A DNA stretch of 64,000 nt from Bdellovibrionota bacterium (lineage in GTDB: Bacteria > Bdellovibrionota > UBA1018 > CAIPTA01 > JAALKR01). The position numbers were made by a program, and so were the translations under genes. Below, one piece after another: positions 19,449 through 28,712 of the stretch. The notes under the pieces are model-generated. The model did not search any database. It worked only from the letters and a program-made list of their open reading frames with translations, and was not told where the DNA came from. Position 1 is the first letter of the stretch; each line of letters begins with the position of its first letter. The stretch spans positions 512,001-576,000 of the forward strand of contig CBDBMJ010000001.1 of NCBI GenBank assembly GCA_965207455.1, in the 5' to 3' direction.

Positions 19449-20372
19449 ATGAGTCAGACACTGAAAATACTATGCATAGCGCTAGTATCGTTACTGTTTT
19501 CCAGTGAGAGCTTGGCCTTTGGTTCAAAAGCGAAAAAATCGAAAAAGGAGGAAGCGATACAAGCTATTCCCATACGTTATGTGAATATGGAACACTTCAC
19601 AGTGCCTTCCTTTTATTTGCCTGACGGTAACCGTGTAGACATGAACGTTAATCTGGAAAGGATTGTGGAAAATGAAATTAATAATAGTAGTTATTTTCGT
19701 ATTAGAAATAATAATGAAAATGATGAAAATCAACTTTGCATTAGTCCCAGCATTACCAGCTTAGAACTTAATATATTGCAATTAAATTTAAAGATTGGTT
19801 GGAATCCCAAAGGTGCTGTATCCGTACCTATAATTAATAATATTAGCGGTGAGTTGGATATTAGTCTAAGTAACCTATCCATAGACGTAAAAGTATATAA
19901 CTGTGTTACTGGAGAAACGTACCTATCCTCTTATACAGATCAAACTCTTTCTGAATTACGTTTTACGCTTTCTGCAGGAATAAGTGAAATTCAAGCAGAA
20001 TTAAATTTTGTTACGAGGAGTAAACTTTCTGAAGCCGTTCGCACGGCTACCTCGGATATACTCAAAAATATGGAAGGTCATTCAGACTTCCATTCCGTAC
20101 CTTGGAATGCAAGAGTGAGTGGCGTAGATTCCAATAGAGGTGAGTTATTTATTAATGTTGGTACAAGGGCTGGTTTACGAAAAAACCAGGTGTATTCAGT
20201 ATATAGTCATTGTAATTCGAGGCCTCGTTGCTTTCAGCGATTTCTTTCAGATATAAAAATTATCAACACAAAGATTAACTCATCAACAGCCGTTCCTCTC
20301 ACTAGTAGTGATTCCATAGAAAGAGTTAAATCTGATGATCTTCTATATGTGAAAGTATTAAGTAGGGATTAG
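19449..20372 (+). CDS. Secreted protein with CsgG/FlgT-like alpha/beta domain and FlgT C-terminal-like beta domain
   Basis: ATG at 19449 follows AAGGGAG and opens a signal peptide; SIDVKVYNCVTGETY and WNARV...FINVGTRAGLRKNQVYSVY segments resemble CsgG and FlgT_C patterns. Confidence 0.6.
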   Translation: MSQTLKILCIALVSLLFSSESLAFGSKAKKSKKEEAIQAIPIRYVNMEHFTVPSFYLPDGNRVDMNVNLERIVENEINNSSYFRIRNNNENDENQLCISPSITSLELNILQLNLKIGWNPKGAVSVPIINNISGELDISLSNLSIDVKVYNCVTGETYLSSYTDQTLSELRFTLSAGISEIQAELNFVTRSKLSEAVRTATSDILKNMEGHSDFHSVPWNARVSGVDSNRGELFINVGTRAGLRKNQVYSVYSHCNSRPRCFQRFLSDIKIINTKINSSTAVPLTSSDSIERVKSDDLLYVKVLSRD

Positions 20373-20393
20373 GAAATTGTTTTAGATTGGGGT

Positions 20394-22790
20394 ATGAATG
20401 TAATGCAAAAAAATATATATTTAACTATATTCATTATTATCAGCCCTATACTTATATTAAATTCTTGCAAGGATGATGATGAGAAAGAATCCGCACCAAG
20501 AGTTAAACGTGTTATAAGATTAAAATCTATCCCCACTGTTTTTATTGAATTGGAAGATGGCGCTCGATATGGAATGGGGGAAAATTTATACAATAGATTA
20601 ACCACTGTTTTAAAAAACAGTGGTCACTTCATTGTTTTAGTGGATAGGGAAAACCTCGATGATCCTTCAGAAAAACAGAGCGATAAAAGAAATCTATCAG
20701 GGTCGGAAGAAGAGGAATTATCAAAATATGATCCAAGTGATAGGTTGCATTTCAACTTTCCTCCAATGGCAGCAGCAGAATTCTCTGCCGATATAGAAGG
20801 ATTAAGCTTCAGTCACAATAGTAAAGCCTTACGTACTTTCAATGGGTTTAAGAAGGATTTTCGCACTCCTTGGAATAGTGGTGAACTAAGTAGTGAAAAT
20901 GAATTTAAATCACGAAGCCATGAATTTCAAAGCAATTGGTTTGGAAATACATTTGATTCCATAGGGGATGAAACAGATAATACAATTTCTGGAGTGAATG
21001 CTGGACAAGAGGGAGAGTTTAGCATTGTGGTTGCAGACGTACATTACCGGCGAGATAGTTTTCGTTCAATGGCTGAATTAAATACTCGATTAAAAATCCT
21101 CTCAAAAAGAAAAATTCAAGAACAAACCATACTAGCACAGGGGAGTGGATTTTTATTTGCATTAGGTGTGGATCTTCTTGGACTCTCAGTTAATTTTGGT
21201 ATAGTAAAAAATGATGCTTTAAAGAAAGTTTTTGAGCAATCGGTGGCTTTAATAGCAGAAGAAATTAAAATCGAATTAGCAAAAATACCATTTCAAACTA
21301 GAATAGAGTTCATAAGTACTACAGATGGCATTATTATTAATGCTGGTAGACGAGAAGGGATTCAAGCTGGTGATATTTTTAAGCATAATTATGGGAAAGA
21401 AACCACAACGTTGAAAGTAATAGAAGCGTTTCATATTGGATCTGTGGTGGAGGTGGTGGATGGATCTTCGGAAGTTCTTAAAGAGCAAGCACTAATTACA
21501 TGGGACGAGAATGGCACTATCAATGAAAAAAGAAAAGAAAAAGTGGAGAAAATTTCCAGCAAGAGTGTGAAAAATATAGCGTTGAAAAGATTAAAAAAGA
21601 TAACTCTGAAGGAATTAGCATTAAATGAATTGTCAGATAACTCTAAAAATTTCGCTCTATTGGAAGGCTCATCTTCAGATAGTGGGATCGATAGGTCAGG
21701 TTCAGTGGAAACAAAAGAAACAAAGAAAGTTTATTTCGATGCTCCAGAGTTCTCTTATGCAGATGGGCGAGATTCCAGCGATTTAAATAAATTGAAAAAA
21801 ACAATAGTATTGTTTCGTTTGCTAGAACGCTGGCGTCAGTACGACCAGGGTGTGGTCATGGAACGAAACCTCCAAAATAAAATAAATATAATGCAAAAAG
21901 CACAAGAGCAGTGGAATTTAAAAGAAATCGAAACGGCTGAATCTTGGCGTGATTTCTTTCCTAACCTTTCAGGGTTAGGGAGTGGAGTGAAAATAGCTAT
22001 CATAGATAGTGGAGTGGATTATAATCATAATAATTTATTCCAAAGCTTTGTACGCAGCAATGTTGGCTGGGATTTTTTCGGCAATGATGAACGACCATTT
22101 GATGACAATAGCCATGGCACAGCTATTGCTGGTATCATTGCTGCCCAAGGTATAGGAGGGGAGCCTGTGGGTATTGCTCCAGATGCAAAGCTATTGTCCT
22201 ACCGGGTTTTTAATCCTTATGGAGAGACAAGCTCTGCCGCTATTTATGCTGCCTTTGAAAGAGCAGTTGCAGATGGTGCTCATATTATTGTAACAGCCTG
22301 GGATACTCAGAGAAAATCCAAAGCACTAGAGGATGGCATTAGGCTTGCAGGAAAAGCTGGTATACTTGTTGTGGCTGCCGCAGGAGATAATGGGAAAAAT
22401 TTAGAGGAAGAGGTTCACTACCCAGGGGAATGGGGTACATATCCTCATGTGATTACAGTGGCTGCTTTAAATAAAGAAGGAAATATTTCTCAAGTGTTTG
22501 CTCGCCATAGTAATTACAGCCCCAGTCTTGTAAGTTTAGCGGCACCAGGAGAGGCTCTTAATGTGCTAGCTCCCCGGAGTAATTATTTAACTAGAGGGGG
22601 ATCGGACATGGCCGCAGCCCATGTGGCAGGAGCCGCAGCTCTTATACTATCCCTATATCCCAGACTACAAGGACCAGAGTTGAAATACTTTCTCCTAAAG
22701 GGAGCCACAAAAGCAGAACACCTAAGACCCTATGTGCTTCGAGGACAAAAATTGAATATAGCAGAGACATTAAAGAAATTAAGTAATTAA
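20394..22790 (+). CDS. Lipoprotein with CsgG/FlgT-like N-terminal half and C-terminal subtilisin-family (S8) domain, catalytic Ser apparently replaced
   Basis: Lipobox LNS-C; IINAGRREGIQAGD; S8 motifs IAIIDSGVD, HGTAIAGII, AAAGD, LAAPG, GSDMAAAHVAG. Confidence 0.85.
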   Translation: MNVMQKNIYLTIFIIISPILILNSCKDDDEKESAPRVKRVIRLKSIPTVFIELEDGARYGMGENLYNRLTTVLKNSGHFIVLVDRENLDDPSEKQSDKRNLSGSEEEELSKYDPSDRLHFNFPPMAAAEFSADIEGLSFSHNSKALRTFNGFKKDFRTPWNSGELSSENEFKSRSHEFQSNWFGNTFDSIGDETDNTISGVNAGQEGEFSIVVADVHYRRDSFRSMAELNTRLKILSKRKIQEQTILAQGSGFLFALGVDLLGLSVNFGIVKNDALKKVFEQSVALIAEEIKIELAKIPFQTRIEFISTTDGIIINAGRREGIQAGDIFKHNYGKETTTLKVIEAFHIGSVVEVVDGSSEVLKEQALITWDENGTINEKRKEKVEKISSKSVKNIALKRLKKITLKELALNELSDNSKNFALLEGSSSDSGIDRSGSVETKETKKVYFDAPEFSYADGRDSSDLNKLKKTIVLFRLLERWRQYDQGVVMERNLQNKINIMQKAQEQWNLKEIETAESWRDFFPNLSGLGSGVKIAIIDSGVDYNHNNLFQSFVRSNVGWDFFGNDERPFDDNSHGTAIAGIIAAQGIGGEPVGIAPDAKLLSYRVFNPYGETSSAAIYAAFERAVADGAHIIVTAWDTQRKSKALEDGIRLAGKAGILVVAAAGDNGKNLEEEVHYPGEWGTYPHVITVAALNKEGNISQVFARHSNYSPSLVSLAAPGEALNVLAPRSNYLTRGGSDMAAAHVAGAAALILSLYPRLQGPELKYFLLKGATKAEHLRPYVLRGQKLNIAETLKKLSN

Positions 22791-22796
22791 AGACAG

Positions 22797-22824
22797 AAAA
22801 CAGGTAGAGATACCTGCTTTTGTT
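22797..22824 (+). terminator. Candidate intrinsic terminator after the S8-domain gene
   Basis: CAGGTA-gaga-TACCTG hairpin (22801-22816) followed by CTTTTGTT. Confidence 0.5.
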
Positions 22825-22864
22825 CTGTGAACTTTTAAAAAAACACCATAATTGTAATACACCC

Positions 22865-22891
22865 TAAAGTTCACACGCAGGCTACCGATAG
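22865..22891 (+). promoter_or_regulatory. Sigma28 (FliA)-type promoter
   Basis: TAAAG (22865-22869)-N14-ACCGATAG (22884-22891), matching consensus TAAAG-N14-GCCGATAA in spacing. Confidence 0.7.
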
Positions 22892-22898
22892 GTATTAT

Positions 22899-23273
22899 AT
22901 GGATAGTGTTGTAAATAAAAGAAAACGGAGTAGAGCAAAGAAAAAAGCATTTTCAGTGTATAGTTCTGACCCTTTATTCATGATATTTGAAAAACAATTA
23001 TATGATTTCGAGTATAACGACAAGGATAGTTTTGTTGAAGAGGTTGTGAGTTGTTTTTTTGAACTGATAACGAAAAAAAATATTTCCTTTCCCGTTCAAG
23101 AAAAAATGGAATTAAAGAGCAACGCTTTTCGAGAAGTGCGCCAAATGCTAACGTATAAAATTTATGGTTGCCTTACTGTTATTGATGATAAAAAAAGCAA
23201 ACCAAAGAAGCTGAAATTTCTCCATGATCCAAACATGAATTTGCAACGTTGTTTAGAAAATCTCATGAAATAA
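22899..23273 (+). CDS. Hypothetical protein
   Basis: 124 aa ORF directly after the sigma28-type promoter, convergent with the next gene. Confidence 0.75.
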   Translation: MDSVVNKRKRSRAKKKAFSVYSSDPLFMIFEKQLYDFEYNDKDSFVEEVVSCFFELITKKNISFPVQEKMELKSNAFREVRQMLTYKIYGCLTVIDDKKSKPKKLKFLHDPNMNLQRCLENLMK

Positions 23274-23276
23274 CAT

Positions 23277-24536
23277 TTAGTAATGCATGGAAATGGGAGA
23301 AGAATTATTTGACTGGTGGTCTTTCCTATAAAAAGGACTAAGAACTCGTTTCATTGCCTGTTGCACTTGCGCAGCCTTATAGTTTTTGTGGGCCGCTAAA
23401 CCCACCTGTGACTCTTCAAAACCCTGGCTATCCATGATTTGCACTTCAAAGGGATAGAAGAAAGCCTGTTCTCTAAAGATATGGGTTAGGTCGATTCGTT
23501 CTGCGTAAGCTTTTAACGATTTATCAGAAGACTCTTTAATGGCATTCTTTAAATTTTTCACATCATCAAAAACAGAACTTCTATACTTGACCAACTGACG
23601 ACAGGTGAACTGTATGGCCATATAGTTGTTGTTCGTAAATGGATTTTTTAAATCTTTCTGATTTGTCAATTCACCTTGTAGGGCACGCTCAATGTAAGCA
23701 TCTATCTCACCAGTGGAACGTAACAAGTCTTTTCGTGCTTCAAAGCGTGCTCCTCTCCAAATTCGTCGGTAAAGAAAGGGATTTATCAGACTGTTTCGGG
23801 AACGGGAGGGCTTAATATTTCCAGGTATTACAATATACTTGTCTCGTAAATATTTAAGAACCCTTAGGGCATCGACGCGTGTGCCGGTCACAAATCGAAC
23901 CCCCACCTGATCATATATATCCTCTGCCACATTTTCTTTCTTATGTAAAAGTTTTAATATTTGAGATTCTCTAGATTTCCGAGGCTTTGTCTGGAACTTC
24001 ACCAGTGGTATGGATTCAGAAGATTTCACGGGACCTAAAGAAATAGTATTCTCTTCCCCGTGAATAGCTTTATAAAATCGGTCGAAAATTTGTTGCTGAA
24101 TAATTCCAAAATAGTCGGCACGAATGTCCTTATCCAAATGAATAATCGTGTGCATTACCTTCATGATGGCACAAGTCCAATGGGTACGTTCCGCACTTTT
24201 AATATCTTTATCTAAACTATAGGCAATGAGTTTCTTTAAATCAGAAATGTTTAAAAAATAACTGGGAATTTCTTGAAGCAATCCATGGGGATTTTCTGGC
24301 TGCAAAAAGTGCTTTTTGATAAACTGAATGGCCTCATGGTATACGCCCATGAGTTCTGCGGATTGAATGGGGTCGTCTAAATTATATCCATAGGATCGCA
24401 TAAAATCAATGATGCCACTTTCATCGTCCATCAAGGATATGTTAGTGTCCATTGCACTGTGTCCACCGATCATTACATCTAGAATATCCCGGTCGAGTCG
24501 CAAAGAGTCTAAATAATTTTCTAAGTCTATATGCAA
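23277..24536 (-). CDS. TIGR04552-like protein (RelA/SpoT-like nucleotidyltransferase fold)
   Basis: KLLHKKENVAEDIYDQVGVRFVT, NIKPSRSRN, AIQFTCRQL, FFYPFEVQI, AHKNYK motifs. Confidence 0.8.
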   Translation of the reverse strand: MHIDLENYLDSLRLDRDILDVMIGGHSAMDTNISLMDDESGIIDFMRSYGYNLDDPIQSAELMGVYHEAIQFIKKHFLQPENPHGLLQEIPSYFLNISDLKKLIAYSLDKDIKSAERTHWTCAIMKVMHTIIHLDKDIRADYFGIIQQQIFDRFYKAIHGEENTISLGPVKSSESIPLVKFQTKPRKSRESQILKLLHKKENVAEDIYDQVGVRFVTGTRVDALRVLKYLRDKYIVIPGNIKPSRSRNSLINPFLYRRIWRGARFEARKDLLRSTGEIDAYIERALQGELTNQKDLKNPFTNNNYMAIQFTCRQLVKYRSSVFDDVKNLKNAIKESSDKSLKAYAERIDLTHIFREQAFFYPFEVQIMDSQGFEESQVGLAAHKNYKAAQVQQAMKRVLSPFYRKDHQSNNSSPISMHY

Positions 24537-24644
24537 AAAACGTTCCTTTCCAGCTAAGGCTAAATGATTTTTTATAAAATTACCACAGCAGATCCCTAGA
24601 TTTTGTTGACTTTATGTGTTGCTGTCGTCAAAATAAAAGACAAT

Positions 24645-25100
24645 ATGCAAATGAAATTTATTAGCACACCCATAGCAACCTTTTTTTTTACTGGCTACCT
24701 TCCCAAAATGCCCGGTACCTGGGGGTCGCTGGCAGCTCTTCCCCTAGCTTGGTTTCTTTGGCAATACTCCCTTCCCATCGTATGTATTTTTCTTGTCTTG
24801 CTTGCCATACTAGGAACTTGGGCTGCCCACCAATACGATAAAGAAAGCCGGACCAAAGATAATAAACATATTGTAATTGATGAAGTCCTGGGCATTCTTA
24901 TTGCTGCCTCCTTAGCTCAACACCGTCTTTTAGATTATGCGATGGTGTTTCTATTATTTCGTTTTTTTGATATCTGGAAACCCTTTCCCGTGAGTTGGTT
25001 CGATCAGAATGTTTCTGGAGGATTGGGAGTTATGCTAGACGACGTGGTTGCAGGACTGATCGTTGTACTTCTATTTTTTATTTCTTCTTATTTCCTATAG
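24645..25100 (+). CDS. pgpA: Phosphatidylglycerophosphatase A
   Basis: PGTWGSL, IVIDEVLG, FRFFDIWKP, GVMLDDVVAG; ATG at 24645 preferred over upstream TTG. Confidence 0.95.
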   Translation: MQMKFISTPIATFFFTGYLPKMPGTWGSLAALPLAWFLWQYSLPIVCIFLVLLAILGTWAAHQYDKESRTKDNKHIVIDEVLGILIAASLAQHRLLDYAMVFLLFRFFDIWKPFPVSWFDQNVSGGLGVMLDDVVAGLIVVLLFFISSYFL

Positions 25101-25119
25101 TGAAGAGGAGGGTTGATGA

Positions 25120-25620
25120 GTGTCTCAAGATAGTAAAGTTTTTGATGAGTCCCTTCCTAAAATAGTGCTGGAACTTTTATCGTCGAAAAATAAAACATTG
25201 GCAACGGCAGAGTCCTGCACGGGCGGTCTTTTAGGAAAACGATTAACGGATTACCCAGGAGCTTCCCAGGTATACCAAGGAGGTGTGGTGACCTACTCCA
25301 ATCAAGCCAAAGAAATTGTTGGCGTGCGCCCAGCGACCTTAAAAAAGTACGGAGCTGTTAGCAAGGAAGTGGCAGAGGAAATGGCACGGGGAGTTTGTGA
25401 AAAATTACACGCTGATTATGGTATTGGGATTACGGGAATATCTGGACCTGGTGGTGGCAGTGCAGAAAAACCGGTGGGCACTACTTTTGTCGTTATTTTT
25501 GGCAACCAGTGTAGGATTTTCAAACATGCGTCGACTAAGAAAAGCCATGGGAGCCGCGCACAAAACCGTGACTATGCTTCCAACCTTGCATTGGATATGA
25601 TACGGCTAGAGTTAAAGTAA
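25120..25620 (+). CDS. cinA: CinA C-terminal domain protein / NMN deamidase (PncC family)
   Basis: ATAESCTGG, VTYSN, GAVS, ITGISGPGGG..EKPVG; located upstream of recA. Confidence 0.9.
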   Translation: MSQDSKVFDESLPKIVLELLSSKNKTLATAESCTGGLLGKRLTDYPGASQVYQGGVVTYSNQAKEIVGVRPATLKKYGAVSKEVAEEMARGVCEKLHADYGIGITGISGPGGGSAEKPVGTTFVVIFGNQCRIFKHASTKKSHGSRAQNRDYASNLALDMIRLELK

Positions 25621-25672
25621 TTTATAGTCAAATTGAAAGATAAACTAAAAACAATAAGGAGGGGTCTCAACT

Positions 25673-26749
25673 ATGAGCCTAGAAATAAACAAAAACGAAA
25701 ATAAAAAGAAAGCATTGGAACTTGCCATTCAATCTATTGAGAAACAGTTTGGACGGGGAAGTGTGATGAAACTTGGAGATAATAAGAAGATGTGTGAGGG
25801 AGTGCAGGTGATTCCCACAGGTTCTCTATCATTGGATATTGCCTTAGGTATTGGAGGGGTTCCCAGGGGAAGGGTCATGGAAGTGTTTGGTCCAGAATCG
25901 TCTGGAAAAACAACTCTCGCTTTACAGATAGTGGCAGAATGTCAGAAAAAAGGCGGCACCGCAGTCTTTATTGATGCGGAACATGCCTTGGATGTTAAGT
26001 ACGCTGAAAAGCTTGGTGTAAACACGAAAGAACTTTTAATTAGTCAGCCAGATACAGGTGAGCAAGCCCTAGAGATTGCAGACATGCTAGTGAAAAGTTC
26101 TGGAGTGGATATCATTGTTGTGGACTCAGTTGCTGCCTTGGTTCCACGTGCAGAGTTGGAAGGAGATATGGGTGATCATCAGATGGGTGCGCAGGCACGT
26201 CTTATGAGTCAAGCCCTACGAAAGCTCACGGGCTCCATTCATAAAACAGGGGTTCTCATGCTATTCATTAACCAAATTCGTATGAAAATAGGAGTAATGT
26301 TTGGCAATCCAGAAACGACTACTGGTGGTAATGCATTAAAATTTTATGCATCCATACGGTTGGATATTCGGCGCATTGGCACCATTAAGGGAGGCGAAGA
26401 AGGTGCAGTGGGCAATCGAACACGTGTCCGTGTAGTAAAAAATAAAATGGCCCCACCCTTTAAAACAGTGGAGTTCGACATTCTCTATGACGAAGGTATT
26501 TCCAAAGAAGGCGATATTTTGGACCTTGCGACCAATGCGGGGATTATTAAAAAGAGTGGCACTTGGTTTGCGTACGGAGAAGAGCGTTTGGGACAGGGAC
26601 GTGAAAAGGTGCGGAAATTATTTAAGGAGCAACCTAAGCTTTGTGAGGAAATAAGGGCAAAGGTATTGCAGGCATCGGGTCTTGAGGGCACATCAACGAA
26701 AGAGACTGGAAACAAGACAGATAAAAAAGAAAATACTCTCAAGCACTGA
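25673..26749 (+). CDS. recA: Recombinase RecA
   Basis: [37 protein letters not shown]. Confidence 0.99.
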   Translation: MSLEINKNENKKKALELAIQSIEKQFGRGSVMKLGDNKKMCEGVQVIPTGSLSLDIALGIGGVPRGRVMEVFGPESSGKTTLALQIVAECQKKGGTAVFIDAEHALDVKYAEKLGVNTKELLISQPDTGEQALEIADMLVKSSGVDIIVVDSVAALVPRAELEGDMGDHQMGAQARLMSQALRKLTGSIHKTGVLMLFINQIRMKIGVMFGNPETTTGGNALKFYASIRLDIRRIGTIKGGEEGAVGNRTRVRVVKNKMAPPFKTVEFDILYDEGISKEGDILDLATNAGIIKKSGTWFAYGEERLGQGREKVRKLFKEQPKLCEEIRAKVLQASGLEGTSTKETGNKTDKKENTLKH

Positions 26750-26759
26750 AATAACCGTG

Positions 26760-26801
26760 AAAAGCCACCCTTATAAGATGGGTGGCTTTTTATTTTTTTT
26801 T
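26760..26801 (+). terminator. Rho-independent terminator of recA
   Basis: AAAAGCCACCC-N9-GGGTGGCTTTT stem followed by a long T-rich tract. Confidence 0.88.
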
Positions 26802-26830
26802 GCGACCCACGGAAATATGATTTATGCTAG

Positions 26831-28696
26831 TTGTGTATGTCGCATTTTCTTCGTTTTCTTCTAGTCCTTTGTTTTCTTGCCACCCCCATTGCTTGGTGTC
26901 AAAGAGGGGGTTCGTCTCAGAGGTCAGATACTGACGAAACGAAAATCCCGGGTCCATTCCATAGTTCAAATGGGCTGGTAAAAACAGCAGACCTTTTACT
27001 CCATCGCTATAAAAATTCTGTGGTGGAGGTGACCACACACGATGGAGTTGGGCACGAAATTAGTTCCAACATGGGAGTGGCAGTGGGGATTACTGCCAAC
27101 GGGCTACAAAAGGGTGAGAGTATTTATATTGCCACAGCTCTTTCTCTTATTCCCAAAAATGCAAGACAATGGATCGATACCATTAAGATTAAGCATTATT
27201 CCGGGACTACCTATACGGGCCGTGTTGCTCTAGTGGATGAAAAAAGAAATTTAATTCTTATCAAGCCGAAGAATCAACCAGCTGGGATTCGTTTTATAGA
27301 TCCGTCCAACGAAAGGCCTTTGATGGATATTATTACCATTTATTTTGAAAAAGATAGTAAGAAAAAAATTGAACCTATTGCATTGAAAGGTGTATTAGCT
27401 GCTGTGGATGTAAAGGCAGGAACACTAGCGATTACTGGAGAAGATATCAATAAGTTGCGACCGGGAACAGCGGTTTTAAATACGCAAGGGCAGTTGGTGG
27501 GCATGCTTCTCCCCAATTCCGTTGGTATATTGTCCTCTGCTATTCTTGATGCGATTTTGAGATTAAAATCAAAAACTGCCTTCCATCCCCGACTCTTAAA
27601 TGTGGTATTGGGGCAGGGAGTTTTAGTGGATCCTAATATAAAAGATGCCTATCCCACCATAGAAAGTGCGATTGAAGCGATTAAACAGGGAAAGGCGCCT
27701 AAAGCACAACCTCAATATTATATACAATCCAAGAAAAAGAAAAAAGGTTTCAATCAAGTGATACTAAAAGTATCCAAGGGAAAATATAAATTAAAAAAAG
27801 CAATCTCTTTGCCATCCAATCTTTCTTTTACTGGTGTGAGTTCCAAAGAGACCATGCTCTATGGTACAGATCCAAAATACAATGTGATTGATGTTAGGAA
27901 CGCAAAGAATGTGTCCATTTCCAACTTTCAGATATTCCCACCCATTGGTCAAAAAAAAGCTACCCTATCTATTAGGAACTCCCAAGAAATAAGTCTTACT
28001 GGAAATGTAATACGATCGAAGGGATCACAAGCTATCTATGCATTGCGATCAAAAAAAGTATCTATCCAAGGTAATTCCTTTCCCTCTGGTGGGGAAAAAG
28101 CTATTTATTGTCAAAAATCTAATTTTATGGTGGAAGCCAATTCTTTTCTTGGAAAGTGGCCACAGGCACTTGCTGTGGGAAAGGGTTGCTATCTCCAAGC
28201 TCAGAATAATTTATTTCTTCAGAATCGTATTTCCATTGCGGTTTCAACTGAGAGTAAGCAGATTTCAATACAAAAAAATACTTTTTTGAATTCACAAGCA
28301 GGCATTCGGTTTTTTGGAAAAATTCCTAAAATGACTATAGAGGATAATATTTTCTTTAAAAATAAATTTTCTATTCTTACCACTCGCCCTATTCTCCCTA
28401 AAAAGATTGGTCGTAACGGTGCATGGAAAAGTTTTGCCTTCCATAACAATAAAAAAATAAATGATTTAGATTTCATTATAGGGCGGTCCGATTTTCGTAG
28501 ACCACAGGACTACGATTTTCGTTTACTCCCAGGAAGCCCCCATGCAAAGACGGGGAGACCAGATGAGTCCAATGAAAATACGGATATGGGAGCTTTCCAA
28601 AGAGATTCTTTTTTAGGTACTTACACACTTGAATTTTTAAATACTCTAGAAGCGGTTACTGGAGAAAAAAATCTCGCAGCAATATGGAATTATTAA
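26831..28696 (+). CDS. Secreted protein: degenerate trypsin-like domain plus right-handed parallel beta-helix domain
   Basis: Signal peptide; HtrA-like spacing (SVVEV, YTGRVALVD..NLILIK, VLNTQGQLVGM); YPTIESAI cap, repeated I..N.F rungs, DFRLLPGSP..DMGAF end. Confidence 0.75.
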   Translation: MCMSHFLRFLLVLCFLATPIAWCQRGGSSQRSDTDETKIPGPFHSSNGLVKTADLLLHRYKNSVVEVTTHDGVGHEISSNMGVAVGITANGLQKGESIYIATALSLIPKNARQWIDTIKIKHYSGTTYTGRVALVDEKRNLILIKPKNQPAGIRFIDPSNERPLMDIITIYFEKDSKKKIEPIALKGVLAAVDVKAGTLAITGEDINKLRPGTAVLNTQGQLVGMLLPNSVGILSSAILDAILRLKSKTAFHPRLLNVVLGQGVLVDPNIKDAYPTIESAIEAIKQGKAPKAQPQYYIQSKKKKKGFNQVILKVSKGKYKLKKAISLPSNLSFTGVSSKETMLYGTDPKYNVIDVRNAKNVSISNFQIFPPIGQKKATLSIRNSQEISLTGNVIRSKGSQAIYALRSKKVSIQGNSFPSGGEKAIYCQKSNFMVEANSFLGKWPQALAVGKGCYLQAQNNLFLQNRISIAVSTESKQISIQKNTFLNSQAGIRFFGKIPKMTIEDNIFFKNKFSILTTRPILPKKIGRNGAWKSFAFHNNKKINDLDFIIGRSDFRRPQDYDFRLLPGSPHAKTGRPDESNENTDMGAFQRDSFLGTYTLEFLNTLEAVTGEKNLAAIWNY

Positions 28697-28712
28697 AAAG
28701 AACGGAACCATA

